IMG/VR virus record: IMGVR_UViG_3300032132_000439
Coordinates: 375 to 64,374 of that record
DNA from: a virus
Lineage: Duplodnaviria; Caudoviricetes
DNA: 64,000 bases
Direction: 5' to 3' (one strand)
Shown here: one piece after another, positions 1 to 10,027 of the stretch
How the letters are laid out: each line of letters starts with the position of its first letter
Position numbering within the stretch: position 1 is the first letter of the stretch
Program-made: the position numbers and the translations under genes
Notes under the pieces: model-generated
Told to the model about the DNA's origin: nothing
Databases searched by the model: none
Seen by the model: only the letters and a program-made list of their open reading frames with translations

Positions 1-156
1 AAGGATCGTCACAAGCGCCAGAGCTGCAATTGCTAGCTGCTCATAATTCCCGAAATACTCGGGCGGAATGCGGTGCGTTAGATCGAATATGAACAAGGCG
101 ATCACAACAGCCCACACCACCGCAAACTCACGGCCAAAGGTTTTTTTAACGTTCAT
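1..156 (-). CDS. Putative holin / small membrane protein (runs off window start; not in ORF track)
   Basis: Manual translation MNVKKTFGREFAVVWAVVIALFIFDLTHRIPPEYFGNYEQLAIAALALVTIL, two hydrophobic segments, overlaps endolysin end. Confidence 0.55.
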   Translation of the reverse strand, partial: MNVKKTFGREFAVVWAVVIALFIFDLTHRIPPEYFGNYEQLAIAALALVTIL

Positions 157-649
157 TGGTGCTGGCCTTTCCGTAGTCTTTCACAAGTGGGAAAGAGTAA
201 TCTTTGATCTTCTCGACAACCGGCCAATAGTAACCAATCACCCGGCTTGTTTTGAAAGGCTTGATGCTGGTTGTGTCGGAGTGGTTTGCACCAACACCCA
301 CGATGCGCCCGCGCTTGTCACGGCCCATGCCAAAAATTACATGGCCCTTGCCGCTGCCCTTAGCGCCACGCTCAAACACGACAACGCAACCCACAACCGG
401 AGCTTTTATTTTTTTGAAGTGCGGTGATTTTGCGTAGGATTGAGCCCGGCCCGAGCGGGTTGAGCGAATGCCTACTTCTTCAAAGCAATTTCCAATGAAT
501 GCCGCGCAATTGGGCACTTCGTCAGTTTTGACCCAATTCACTTTGATTTTCTTCCACCACCCCAGAATAACCGGGTTGTGCTTTCGGCCCTTGATTTCTT
601 TCGTGCCAATGTAGGTGAGCGCCGTCTTGAGCCAGTTAGGGTAAGCCAT
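146..649 (-). CDS. Endolysin, TIGR02594/NlpC-P60(CHAP)-like
   Basis: W..A...IG.KEI.G.KHNP.I..WW, DEVPNCAAF (catalytic Cys), GHV, G.N.SD motifs. Confidence 0.85.
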   Translation of the reverse strand: MAYPNWLKTALTYIGTKEIKGRKHNPVILGWWKKIKVNWVKTDEVPNCAAFIGNCFEEVGIRSTRSGRAQSYAKSPHFKKIKAPVVGCVVVFERGAKGSGKGHVIFGMGRDKRGRIVGVGANHSDTTSIKPFKTSRVIGYYWPVVEKIKDYSFPLVKDYGKASTNER

Positions 650-665
650 TTCAATTCTCCAATAT

Positions 666-1070
666 TTATTTGTAGTTTTTGATCAATGCGAAAAAGCGAA
701 CCGCCGCATACATCGTGCGCCGTTTCCACTTGGGAACTCCCAAGATTTCCATCGCCTTTAGAAAGATTTGATCGCCTTCAAGCCGCGTGCATTTTCTTGT
801 GGAGCCATCCGGCTTCAAGATCAGCGCGTGCGTGCAAAGGTAATCATGAACAACCGCCGCTTTCGCATACGGTCCAAGTGGTGGGAAAATACCCCACGTC
901 AGGCGCGGCGTTGATGCAAAATCGGTGTCGTATCCCTTGGGAACAACAACCCACTCACCGGCCAAATCTGTAAGGTAAAAAAAGAAAGGGCGGTGAACTG
1001 TTGCCAGCACCCGCCCCTTGCTGCTTCGATGAGTGATTTCAACGAGCAACGGTTCTGTAAAACTGCTCAC
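666..1070 (-). CDS. DUF1353 phage protein
   Basis: VPKGYDTDFASTPR, AAVVHDYL, D.IFL.AM..LGV motifs. Confidence 0.85.
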   Translation of the reverse strand: MSSFTEPLLVEITHRSSKGRVLATVHRPFFFYLTDLAGEWVVVPKGYDTDFASTPRLTWGIFPPLGPYAKAAVVHDYLCTHALILKPDGSTRKCTRLEGDQIFLKAMEILGVPKWKRRTMYAAVRFFALIKNYK

Positions 1071-2029
1071 TAAGCTAGCGGCGTTGGACCGTATGCCAAG
1101 AGATAGAACGCTGAGCCCGGGCTTGGTTGCGCCGTAAATCCTGTAATGCTGTTACCGTTGTAACTTGACGTTAGCGTCTTGCCCACGCCAACAGAGTTGT
1201 AATAGATAATGCCACCGTGAACGCCAATGCTGTCAGTTGTTATGAGGATCAAGCCCTTAACAATGCTGCCCGTGCTTTGCCCGTGGCCAAAGCCAATTGC
1301 AGGACCGCCAGTTGCAGTTAGCGTGCCACCGCCATTGTCAGCCGATCCGAACGCGCCATGAAGACCAAAGATGTAAGAATACTCATTGATAATGGGTACG
1401 CTCACATTCGTATGTGGCACACTGCCCGAGTGGGACGGCGGTGTCATTGCAATTGTGGAGCTTGGCGCTGACCACCCCGGCAATGATGAAGGCACATGCC
1501 AACCACCGTTTGCGCGAACGCGAATGTCACCTTGATTGTTTGCGTTGTTGATCGTGTAGACTGAGCCGGGGTTGCCGTAAGTCAGTCCCAGATTTCGCTC
1601 AGCAAACGCCCCTTGCGGAACTTCAACCCAAACGCCGCCACGTTTCTGGAAATAGGCTTTGTCGGTGCCCGCATTATCACCAACGACTGCAAAATCACCA
1701 TTAGCACCTAGCGCGTTGGACGGCGCGGAAAGGCTATTGTCCTGCAAACTAATCGCTTGGCCGTAACCGTACCCTAGTTTTTGACGGGTGCTGTCAAGTG
1801 TAGCTCCTCCCATGTCGCGCAAATATGCCGGAGTTGCGTATTTGAGATCGTCAGTGCCCGCATCTATTTCCGCTTGCGTTGCCTTAAGAACTAACCCTGC
1901 ATCCGTGAAAGTGGCGTAACCCTTTTGAACCTCATCCCAATTGTTTGCGCCGCGATAAACGAACTCTACGCCACCCACTTCATGGGTTGAAACATTAATA
2001 ACAAGACCAGTTGTTGGAAAATCACTCAT
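1070..2029 (-). CDS. Tail fibre / receptor-binding protein
   Basis: ATQAEIDAGTDD..YATP fibre motif, G/S/T-rich C-terminus; start taken at MSDFP overlapping upstream stop. Confidence 0.7.
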   Translation of the reverse strand: MSDFPTTGLVINVSTHEVGGVEFVYRGANNWDEVQKGYATFTDAGLVLKATQAEIDAGTDDLKYATPAYLRDMGGATLDSTRQKLGYGYGQAISLQDNSLSAPSNALGANGDFAVVGDNAGTDKAYFQKRGGVWVEVPQGAFAERNLGLTYGNPGSVYTINNANNQGDIRVRANGGWHVPSSLPGWSAPSSTIAMTPPSHSGSVPHTNVSVPIINEYSYIFGLHGAFGSADNGGGTLTATGGPAIGFGHGQSTGSIVKGLILITTDSIGVHGGIIYYNSVGVGKTLTSSYNGNSITGFTAQPSPGSAFYLLAYGPTPLA

Positions 2030-2436
2030 GACGCATCCCGCCAAGTGCCGCTACGTTTTATCCACGTCTTGAACTCATCGCCAGCGTTGTTGCCTGAGAA
2101 ACAAATGTCACCGTTATTGCCTATCGAGTTGGAAGGCGCGGCCATTGAGTTGTTTTGATAAGCGAATGAGTGAAAGCTTCCGTAATCAACATTGGTGCGG
2201 ATCGTGTCAAGAGTTGTGCCGCCCATGTCAGCTAGCGTTTTAGGTGTCACAAATTCTTGATCGTCGGTCCCGCCATCGGTATCTGCTTGCGTTGCAATGC
2301 GAGCTAGTCCTGGAGTTAACTGGTCTGCATAGCCAACTTGAACCTCATCCCACTGGTTAGGGCCGATATTTTCGAAAATAACACCGTCTTTGTCGAAGAA
2401 CTGCCCGATAGTGCCGGGGCTTGGAAAGTTTGCCAT
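2026..2436 (-). CDS. Short fibre/adaptor protein, paralog of N-terminus of 1070..2029
   Basis: Shared WDEVQ.GYA, ATQA..D.GTDD...TP..L.DMGG.TLD, APSN..G.NGD. Confidence 0.7.
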   Translation of the reverse strand: MANFPSPGTIGQFFDKDGVIFENIGPNQWDEVQVGYADQLTPGLARIATQADTDGGTDDQEFVTPKTLADMGGTTLDTIRTNVDYGSFHSFAYQNNSMAAPSNSIGNNGDICFSGNNAGDEFKTWIKRSGTWRDAS

Positions 2437-2942
2437 TATACTTGCACCCAGTTCGGGTTTGCGCCGTCATGGCGAAGTTGATAGTGCTTGTCGGTGTCAT
2501 CATCGCCGTACCAAGAACCCAGTGTGCGCTCATCTATTCCCGGCAACGAGGCCGTGGGGCCGTGCTCGTATGACGGCATGCCCGGCAAAACAACCCCTTC
2601 ATCATCAGCGCTTCGCATTAGATTTCCGAGCAAATGACCCGGCGTTGGAGTTACCCACGCCGCAACCCCAACGCCGCCGCCGTTGGGGTCGTAAGCGAGC
2701 ATTTCAGGCGGGACAATCACGGTGCCGACCAATTCAGCCGGCTTAATCCAGAAATCGTAATCCGCGGGAGCCGCTGGAACGATATCGTCTCGGAAAAGTG
2801 TAATTAAGCGCCACGCGCCAAGAACGCGAACAACACTTTCAGTGTAGCTATAAGCCTCCCCTGAAATTTTCTCAGGATCGGCAAGATTTTGAATCGCCCC
2901 GGCAATGCCGTGGGGGAATAGTGATGCGTCAGGTTGTGTCAT
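2436..2942 (-). CDS. Tail fibre-associated hypothetical protein
   Basis: Translationally coupled position in fibre cluster. Confidence 0.55.
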   Translation of the reverse strand: MTQPDASLFPHGIAGAIQNLADPEKISGEAYSYTESVVRVLGAWRLITLFRDDIVPAAPADYDFWIKPAELVGTVIVPPEMLAYDPNGGGVGVAAWVTPTPGHLLGNLMRSADDEGVVLPGMPSYEHGPTASLPGIDERTLGSWYGDDDTDKHYQLRHDGANPNWVQV

Positions 2943-2951
2943 TGTATTCCC

Positions 2952-3518
2952 TTAAATCAGTGTTACGCCGCTTGCTGTGGTTACGGTTGCACCGCCGACC
3001 AACAATGCAAGATCGTCAAATGTCATTTTGAACTGTTGCGTCATCGACGTGTCCCACCAAGCAATGTAATCTTCGCTTGGAACGACCGCGTTTGACTCGG
3101 CCAGATCATTGATTAGGAACGATGAAGCGCTGACTGAAACGTAAGTCGTGGTCGAGCTATCCCAATGGAAAACTTGGTTCGGAACCGCTGTGTCATCAAT
3201 AAAGACGCGGGGGCCGGGAGCCGTTGGAGCAACACCCAATTCAGAAAGCAGCGGGATAGCGCCTTTTTCTGAGGTTTGTTGGATCGCTTGCCAAAGCATT
3301 GTGTGGTCTGTGTCATCAAGTGTGATACCAGCCGACACGCAAGCCGTGCGCAAGTTGCCGGTTACGATATTATACCAGCTTGCAGAGCGAACGGTTCCGT
3401 CAGGAACGCCCGCCGCCGAACAGTTTTTGAACCAAGTGTCTGCAGTTTCAACAACCGGGTCAGGGGTTGGTAGGGTTGTTGCGTAGAAAGGTGTTTGAGG
3501 GCCGAATGCTGTAGCCAT
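2952..3518 (-). CDS. Tail fibre protein with Mu gp49-like N-terminal anchor
   Basis: GTVRSASWYN...NLR.....AGITLD..D.T.L.QAI anchor motif. Confidence 0.7.
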   Translation of the reverse strand: MATAFGPQTPFYATTLPTPDPVVETADTWFKNCSAAGVPDGTVRSASWYNIVTGNLRTACVSAGITLDDTDHTMLWQAIQQTSEKGAIPLLSELGVAPTAPGPRVFIDDTAVPNQVFHWDSSTTTYVSVSASSFLINDLAESNAVVPSEDYIAWWDTSMTQQFKMTFDDLALLVGGATVTTASGVTLI

Positions 3519-3530
3519 TGAAATTCTCCG

Positions 3531-4148
3531 TTAAATTTTGTGACCACTAAAGCGGCCAAGAATTGTGCGTGTTGCCGACCCACGATGTCGCACCTCAATG
3601 GTGACCTCATCGTCTGTCTTTAGCTTGAATGCCCCGCTTGCAGAAACCGCCGCTTTGTAAGCTGTGTTGCCCGTGTCCGCAGCATCGCCAGTTGCGCGAA
3701 TACCATTGATATAGAGATCAATTTCAAGCTCACGGTTGGCTTGCTCTTGCTGTGCATTTACATGCAGATTCCACCACCCGGCCTCATCTGCCCCGATCTT
3801 GAGAACACCAGCCAAAAGCGTTGTTGTTGATGCGTTTAAATCATCATCAACAATCGCAATGTTGGTGACCAATTGGTCTGTTGTAGGCGCGACCGTTTCG
3901 GTGAATGAATAATCAAACGCAACCGGTGTTTCGAGCTTCGCAATCCGAGCTAAAAGAGCGTCGTAAACAGCGCCCCCAAGATCATTCTTAATCGTGCAAC
4001 TTCCGCCGAACGCCGTGCTGTATTCAAGGGTGATGCCGTCACCGGCCTTCAAGAACCGCTTGAAGATGTTGTAAACCGTGGCCTTTTTCAGCTCCTTGGT
4101 CACGCCGTCATAGAGCATCACAAGTTGTTGGACTGCTTTAATTCCCAT
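3531..4148 (-). CDS. Tail fibre-associated protein, C-terminal C1q/TNF-like beta domain
   Basis: AGDGIT neck motif; ends L..DDEVTIEV......FSGHKI. Confidence 0.55.
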   Translation of the reverse strand: MGIKAVQQLVMLYDGVTKELKKATVYNIFKRFLKAGDGITLEYSTAFGGSCTIKNDLGGAVYDALLARIAKLETPVAFDYSFTETVAPTTDQLVTNIAIVDDDLNASTTTLLAGVLKIGADEAGWWNLHVNAQQEQANRELEIDLYINGIRATGDAADTGNTAYKAAVSASGAFKLKTDDEVTIEVRHRGSATRTILGRFSGHKI

Positions 4149-4157
4149 GATAGCCCC

Positions 4158-4496
4158 CTAATTGATTTCTGCTGTTGCTTCGAAAGTGAATTTCAAAGAG
4201 CCCGCGCCATCCGCCGCCTCTTTCTTTGCGATCCCAACAACGGCCTCAGCCAGCATTGTGAAGCTATCCGCGCTAACCGTGATCGCCACGCCCTGCGTGA
4301 CTGCATAGTCAACGATGTAACGGAGGTTTCCGGTCACGCTGTTAAACCACTGCGCATCAATTACGGTGCCGTCAGGGTTGATCGCGTCCGCACAATTTTT
4401 GAAGTATGTTTCAACATCTCCATAGCGGTTCGTCGCTTGGCCATCTGGCAAGCTGGTAACCGCGTTACGCCCTTGCGGGCTAAACGCATTTGACAT
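4158..4496 (-). CDS. Short fibre anchor protein, paralog of 2952..3518
   Basis: Shared T(Y/W)FKNC....PDGTV..A.W(F/Y)N.VTGNLR. Confidence 0.7.
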   Translation of the reverse strand: MSNAFSPQGRNAVTSLPDGQATNRYGDVETYFKNCADAINPDGTVIDAQWFNSVTGNLRYIVDYAVTQGVAITVSADSFTMLAEAVVGIAKKEAADGAGSLKFTFEATAEIN

Positions 4497-4504
4497 ATTT
4501 GGGC

Positions 4505-5404
4505 CTAATTGAGTTTGTATTGATAAGATGCTACGGTGTGAGCGTGCTTGATTTTATCGATCAAACATTTGATTGCTGACCAATCGGGAATGCAAATCCC
4601 CGTATCAACGCCGCAACCTAAATCTGAATCGAAACCAAGGCTTTCGAAAACCGCGCCGTTAGCTTGCTGCAAAAGCAATGATGCCGGAACATCAACCTCA
4701 ATGACAAAATGATGCGCATGGCCGTTGTAGACCTGAAAACCATCAACCGAGGCTAAGCAATCTTGCAATAGTTTGTTTGGCAAACGAGTTGGAGTGTTTG
4801 CGGCTACGTGCAAGTAATCAACCTGCCCAATTCCGCAAACCGTCACCGGCGTTTCGTAAGTCTCCGGCACAAGTTCATGATACCGAACGTACTCACAACA
4901 TTCGCCCGTGGCATAGCCTAGGACTTCACCACCCTCAGCGCACTCACCAACCGGGGCTAAACCTAAGTTTGATCCGGGAATGTTTGCAATTGGCTGTGGG
5001 CCGAGCTGAGCAAAGCCTGTGTTGTCTCCGCAAACATCAACCGGGTCAATTTCGTAACAGCGAATTACCCACTCAAGCCGCAAGGCCATTTCTTCATAGT
5101 AGGTGAAATCCGTTCCGCCCGCTGTTGCAACCTTTGCGCAAACATCATTTGCGAAAGGGTCACAATCCCAACCGGCTGAATAATCCTCTTTCCAAAGATC
5201 AAGCGTTTCGGTTGCGGTGCTGCAAAACATCTCTTCGATCATGTCGCAAGCGCGCTGTTCAACTTGCTGAACCCCGCCGCTTATTCCTGAAACCAGTTGA
5301 TTTAGATAGGTGCCGGGAGCATCAACGCTTTCCCAAGCGCGACCGCGCGGGAATAGAGCGCAAAAGCTTTTGGTGATTTGCTCCTTAGTCGGGCAAAAAG
5401 TCAT
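4505..5404 (-). CDS. Baseplate wedge protein, Mu gp48/YmfQ (DUF2313)-like
   Basis: L.PRGRAW, E.L..W, C.I.K.K.AHT motifs; follows baseplate J. Confidence 0.8.
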   Translation of the reverse strand: MTFCPTKEQITKSFCALFPRGRAWESVDAPGTYLNQLVSGISGGVQQVEQRACDMIEEMFCSTATETLDLWKEDYSAGWDCDPFANDVCAKVATAGGTDFTYYEEMALRLEWVIRCYEIDPVDVCGDNTGFAQLGPQPIANIPGSNLGLAPVGECAEGGEVLGYATGECCEYVRYHELVPETYETPVTVCGIGQVDYLHVAANTPTRLPNKLLQDCLASVDGFQVYNGHAHHFVIEVDVPASLLLQQANGAVFESLGFDSDLGCGVDTGICIPDWSAIKCLIDKIKHAHTVASYQYKLN

Positions 5405-5406
5405 TG

Positions 5407-6486
5407 TTACCCCCTAACGAGAATTACATTTCCGAGGCTTGGCATAATGCCGGTTGCAAAAGTAATATCGCCCCCGGGAATTGTGACCTCATGTGAGGTT
5501 TCGCCGGTCGCGTTTGCGATTGCTTGCCAAATCCATGAAATGCGGAGTGAGAAAGGTTGATCCGGCAAGCTTGGTTGTGGAGCCTGTTTGAACAGCTCAA
5601 TTAGAGCCGCCTCAACGTTAGCGCGAACCTCAGCCGTGTCCGGTGTCAAATTCTTGATTGTGATATCGATGTTGTCCAGATTTGGAGCAATCGCAACGGC
5701 TGTGGCCGTGGCTGGCTTGTTCAAATCAAACACCGCTTGCACCGCGTCCAAATCAGCTTGTTGAGGGATGCCATCTAAATATGCGTCATCCATCATGACC
5801 CAAACAGCAACAGTGCCTTCACGGAATGCGTTACCCTTAGCCCATGCGCGGGTTACCCCGGCAACACTAAGCGCCCACATCTCATAATCGCTCTCACTGC
5901 CCCCGTGAGGCGGGTTACGCTTACGGAAAAGCAACCGTTGCCGGTAATCCTCAATTCCCTCAATGTCAGAGCCCCGGCCAATGCCTTTGGGGTCTACAAC
6001 AGTTTCGGTAATTGCTGCGATTGCCGGTGACATAACCAACGGCGTGTCAGCCAGTGCGTTGCCGCTCGGCCCTGTCGCTTGGCCTGTGACTGCAACGTCA
6101 ATGTAACCAACGGCTGGCACTAACGCTGTCGCGTCTGTCGCATACGTTGCGCCATCATCTCTCGTCAAGATCGTGCCAGCCGGGATGCTAGTGCCCAATG
6201 TGCCGGTAAATCTAACGGCTCCCTCCGGGTAACTAGCTTGTTTTCGCGGCATACCCAACTCATCGCCGTGCCGCGTTAAATAATCGATTGTCGCCTTGCT
6301 CACAAAGGCCTGATCAAGAGCCGTCTTGATACGGCGATCAAATAAGTATGCCCATTGAGCCAGAACCTTAGCCAGCACGCCCCAAACATTTGGCCATAAC
6401 CAAGCATCGGAGCCGGGTGTTTCAGCGCGGAATGAAGCGCGAAAACGCGATCCCCATTCTTTCAGTGTTTCGACTTTGAATGCCAT
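5407..6486 (-). CDS. Baseplate J / Mu gp47
   Basis: G.D.E..EDYRQR...R..NPPHGG..SDY..WA..V.GVTRAW. Confidence 0.93.
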   Translation of the reverse strand: MAFKVETLKEWGSRFRASFRAETPGSDAWLWPNVWGVLAKVLAQWAYLFDRRIKTALDQAFVSKATIDYLTRHGDELGMPRKQASYPEGAVRFTGTLGTSIPAGTILTRDDGATYATDATALVPAVGYIDVAVTGQATGPSGNALADTPLVMSPAIAAITETVVDPKGIGRGSDIEGIEDYRQRLLFRKRNPPHGGSESDYEMWALSVAGVTRAWAKGNAFREGTVAVWVMMDDAYLDGIPQQADLDAVQAVFDLNKPATATAVAIAPNLDNIDITIKNLTPDTAEVRANVEAALIELFKQAPQPSLPDQPFSLRISWIWQAIANATGETSHEVTIPGGDITFATGIMPSLGNVILVRG

Positions 6487-7016
6487 TAGTTCACCGTTTG
6501 CTCCCAAAGCACGCCGAAGCGATACTTTTGCGGGTCATTATTGTTTGGGGAATAAGCATCAATTTGCAGGATCAAAGCGCTTTGTTGATCGCCAGAAATC
6601 TCAGCTTGAATTTCGAAACGCTCAACAGCGCCTTGATCGATCAGGGGTTGCAACGCATCTTCGCAATATTCGATTGCCCTCACCTTCACATCATCGTTTA
6701 GGTAAGACGGCCAAAGCGTCCAAAGCAACGAACCAAGCTCAGCCTCACCCTTCTCAGTCAGAACATCAAAGGTATCGCCAGCCCAACCCTTCCGATCAAC
6801 CTGCCCGGTCGGCAAATCCATCTCGTCAGGAAGGCGCTTGTCAGTGAACAGGCAAATGATCATCCCGGTTGCTAAACCGTCCTGAGCAAGTAAATCTCGC
6901 CCGTCAGTTGTGGGTTGAAGATCGGCCAGCCCTGTCTCATTGTTGAAAACCAGATCGGGAAGCAAATAAACGTCCGCAACATCGGCTTCATTGTCCCGAA
7001 TTCGGTATTCAAACAT
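6486..7016 (-). CDS. Mu gp46-like baseplate protein
   Basis: LFTD.R, GW.GD, LGSLLW.L, A.EY...ALQPLI. Confidence 0.9.
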   Translation of the reverse strand: MFEYRIRDNEADVADVYLLPDLVFNNETGLADLQPTTDGRDLLAQDGLATGMIICLFTDKRLPDEMDLPTGQVDRKGWAGDTFDVLTEKGEAELGSLLWTLWPSYLNDDVKVRAIEYCEDALQPLIDQGAVERFEIQAEISGDQQSALILQIDAYSPNNNDPQKYRFGVLWEQTVN

Positions 7017-7540
7017 TATAGTGACCTCACCGTGTCTGACCCAGATTTGATTGGCCACTTGCCAGAACTTGAGCCGGTATCAATTTCAACATAATCAACG
7101 TCTTTACGAGCGACCGCGTGCCCGCCTTCACCGCCCAGATCAATTGAACCGCTTTCAACAACAACGCTGTCCGCAATGATTGTTAGCTTGCCCACTTTGA
7201 TTGTGGATTCACCGCCGTGCATTTCGAAGTATTGCCCGCCGTTGTCGTACATCTTGGTTCCGCCGCCCGGCACGCCCGTGGGTTTGTCTCCCGGGCTTTC
7301 CAAGCCGATCACGATTGATTGGTCACGATTGCCGCCCAAGCAAAGCATAAGCCCCTCAGAGCCCGCTGGTGGTGTGCTGGTGAAGCCAAATTGCTGCAGA
7401 TGCGCAACCTTGTGGTTTCCGCCGATAACCTCACCGGCAACGCCGTCAAGAATTGTCGTTTGCTGGTCACCGTCAGTGTTGATCTCTTTCAAGCGAACCC
7501 TTGAGATCATATTTGCAACGCGGGTGTTTAAATCGGTCAA
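7016..7540 (-). CDS. Baseplate spike Mu gp45/gpV
   Basis: QQFGFTS.PP.GSE...L.LGG.R motif. Confidence 0.9.
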   Translation of the reverse strand: MTDLNTRVANMISRVRLKEINTDGDQQTTILDGVAGEVIGGNHKVAHLQQFGFTSTPPAGSEGLMLCLGGNRDQSIVIGLESPGDKPTGVPGGGTKMYDNGGQYFEMHGGESTIKVGKLTIIADSVVVESGSIDLGGEGGHAVARKDVDYVEIDTGSSSGKWPIKSGSDTVRSL

Positions 7541-8613
7541 GTGCCCAAATCCTCATTCGGCTTTACGGGGGAAGTATCAAAAACCTCCCATGTATCGAAT
7601 GTTCCAAAGTCCGCCGTTGAGTTGGTTTTCTTTCCGCTAAGTGTGCGGGGATCAACCAAATCAATATTTGCAGTTGTTCCGCCCGAACCTTGTTCAAACG
7701 AAACGCTCTTGATCAGCATGTCGCCGTCAATTCTCAATTTCTGAGACTTCACGTAGATCAGCTTATTTGGAAGCACCACCGCGCCGCCTGTCCGCCAACC
7801 CGCAATCGTAATTTTTGCGCTTTCTGCCCGGCCTTGCGATCTATTCGCACCGGCTACCGCCCGAACCTTTGCGCGGTCATCATCCGTTTCACCCTCATTG
7901 AGAACTAATTTGGGTCGGTAGCGCGCAATTCCGCCGTCTTTAGCTTTTCCGATTGCTTGCTGTGGCTTTTCACCGGAGCCAACACTTGATTGGCCCTTGA
8001 CGAAATAATCACTAAACCTGTCAGCCGTGCTATGCTTAGCGCTGGCCTTTAAGATATTATCGCCCTCAACCAGAGCGCCCGCTTGCCGCCCACCTTCACC
8101 GCCCCGCGTAATCACTAGCGATCCATCGGGTAAGCCTTGCAAGAATGCGTCTTGATCTTTTAGCTGACGATTCACCGCGTCAAATGGGCTTTCGCCTTGA
8201 TTGATCTGGAACCACGGCACTTCCGACAAATCAATGTCAGATGAAACGCCCAAACCCCATTCATCAACTTCGTTCGCCATGTCGAGGGTTGATTTGTCCT
8301 CAAAGCGTCCGGTTGCGTGAATGATGCTACTGTCAATGAAATCGCATTGTTTCGAGCGCCCGCTGAGCGTTACTTCATGGCTCCCACTATCGAAATTTGG
8401 CTCGAAGGTTTCAACAAAACCAACGAGGTTAAACCCGGCGACTGAGATCACGCAAGGTGAACCGGCTGGCTCATCAAATGCCGCGCTCTCACTATCCGCC
8501 GTTTTGATCTTGAATTTCCAAGCCGCCTGATTTGCCGCGCCCTGCATGCTAATGGATTTAAAACCCGTGTAGCTGCTAGACCCGACCGTTAAAGTGACTT
8601 GTTCAAGGCTCAT
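7537..8613 (-). CDS. Baseplate hub Mu gpP/gp44
   Basis: GRSK..D.ID.S, GES.FD, RFSDY.VKGQ, RYRP motifs. Confidence 0.9.
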   Translation of the reverse strand: MSLEQVTLTVGSSSYTGFKSISMQGAANQAAWKFKIKTADSESAAFDEPAGSPCVISVAGFNLVGFVETFEPNFDSGSHEVTLSGRSKQCDFIDSSIIHATGRFEDKSTLDMANEVDEWGLGVSSDIDLSEVPWFQINQGESPFDAVNRQLKDQDAFLQGLPDGSLVITRGGEGGRQAGALVEGDNILKASAKHSTADRFSDYFVKGQSSVGSGEKPQQAIGKAKDGGIARYRPKLVLNEGETDDDRAKVRAVAGANRSQGRAESAKITIAGWRTGGAVVLPNKLIYVKSQKLRIDGDMLIKSVSFEQGSGGTTANIDLVDPRTLSGKKTNSTADFGTFDTWEVFDTSPVKPNEDLGT

Positions 8614-9872
8614 GGCTTAGAAACCTCAAAGGTTTTAGGCAAAAACAAAGGATGCAAAACGCTGTTGCGATCAATGATCTCACTTGCCATCTCAGCATCG
8701 TTAAACAGTTGGTGAGCCATAAACGTTGCGGGCAAGCTAACTTGTGTCTCAATCTCGATGATTGGCCTCAGGTTAGCCGCAAACTCGCTGAGCTGATCAA
8801 TTGCGTGGTGCATAGATTTTTGCACCTCAATATGATCCTCAAACGTTTCAATATCCGTCATGGTTTCACTCAGCATGGCGCTAAGGGTTGCCCGAATTTT
8901 GATAGCCTCTTTGCGGTTGTCGATTTCAGCCCGGCTAGCAAGTTTCACCATTCCAAGAATAGCTAACTGGCGAACCATCTTGCTTGCGATCTGGGCTTGT
9001 TCATCCTGCAGAACTGCAACTGAATTTCGGTTGCGATCCAGTTTTGCACCGTTCAGCGCATCATCGTCGCGCACCAATTCAACCTGTTCCGCTGTATATG
9101 TCAGCGCAACCGGCTGCTCATAGCGCCCCGCATCGTAAAGATCATTTAGTTTGTCAAACAAACCATTCGCGTCAGCAACGCTATCAACCAATGAGAAAAG
9201 CGCGTTTCCTGCAGTTGTCGGGAACTCATCACCAACACCGCCGGATAAAAGTTCAGCGTTTAACGTTCTGATTAAGTGGCCAGTTTGCGTGCCCTCATCA
9301 CCCTCAAGTGTGACTTCATTCCCGATAGCTAACAGCTCAGTTACAAAGCTGAATAGAACAGTCTCCGCCGGGGAAATCGCGCCGGGTGTTGGGTAGTGGG
9401 AAAAATTAGATTGAAAAGCACTTACCACCAAGGTTAAAGCCGCGCTTGCCGCTTCCGACATTTGAGCGCGTAACAAACCGATCGGTAGGATGCCAAAGCC
9501 GCCACGGGGAGTTAACTGAAATTCTAAATCAATTCCAAAGAACCCCAACCGTTTGCGGCTGAAATTAGTTTTTATGCTTGTGCATGTTGCGAACGTGGCG
9601 GGCCGCGCGGGTAAACGCAACGTTGAGCTGCCCTTAGTGTTGCCAGCCGCAAGCAAAGCGATTGCAGCGGTGTCCGCGTCATTGCCGGGAACATATGCGG
9701 CGATACTGACCGAATTGGCCTTTCCGCCCAAATCCTCAATAAGAGGATCATCACGATCAATGAACTCGTGAACAGCAACGCGGCGACCGCCTGAAAATGA
9801 ATCTGTGTCAACAAAGAAAGGAACTCCCCGGAAAGAGGCCCGCTTCATGGTGCTTGGCCAGTCTTTGAGCAT
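8610..9872 (-). CDS. DNA circularisation protein (Mu gpN-like)
   Basis: ASFRGVPF.V, GRR...HEF..RD...EDLG, C-terminal RN...HP.F; GGAG RBS before ATG 9872. Confidence 0.92.
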   Translation of the reverse strand: MLKDWPSTMKRASFRGVPFFVDTDSFSGGRRVAVHEFIDRDDPLIEDLGGKANSVSIAAYVPGNDADTAAIALLAAGNTKGSSTLRLPARPATFATCTSIKTNFSRKRLGFFGIDLEFQLTPRGGFGILPIGLLRAQMSEAASAALTLVVSAFQSNFSHYPTPGAISPAETVLFSFVTELLAIGNEVTLEGDEGTQTGHLIRTLNAELLSGGVGDEFPTTAGNALFSLVDSVADANGLFDKLNDLYDAGRYEQPVALTYTAEQVELVRDDDALNGAKLDRNRNSVAVLQDEQAQIASKMVRQLAILGMVKLASRAEIDNRKEAIKIRATLSAMLSETMTDIETFEDHIEVQKSMHHAIDQLSEFAANLRPIIEIETQVSLPATFMAHQLFNDAEMASEIIDRNSVLHPLFLPKTFEVSKP

Positions 9873-9885
9873 GGCAACTCCTAAC

Positions 9886-9914
9886 AAAAAAAGGGCTCGC
9901 AAATGCGAACCCTT
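9886..9914 (-). terminator. Intrinsic terminator upstream of gpN-like gene
   Basis: AAGGGTTCGCA-TT-TGCGAGCCCTT followed by T run on minus strand. Confidence 0.75.
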
Positions 9915-10027
9915 TAGATATCTGCTGTCTATTTTTGGAAAACTTAGAAAGTTGCCATAATTGAAAACTACACCCAAGAACTGTTTGAAGTCAACAGCAA
10001 ATTACAGTGGAATTACCATTTTAGCAA

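Noticed and set aside
1070-4496. Diversity-generating retroelement or invertible fibre cassette
   Set aside because: Paralogs are diverged at the protein level, not adenine-specific DNA repeats; no reverse transcriptase or invertase in the window
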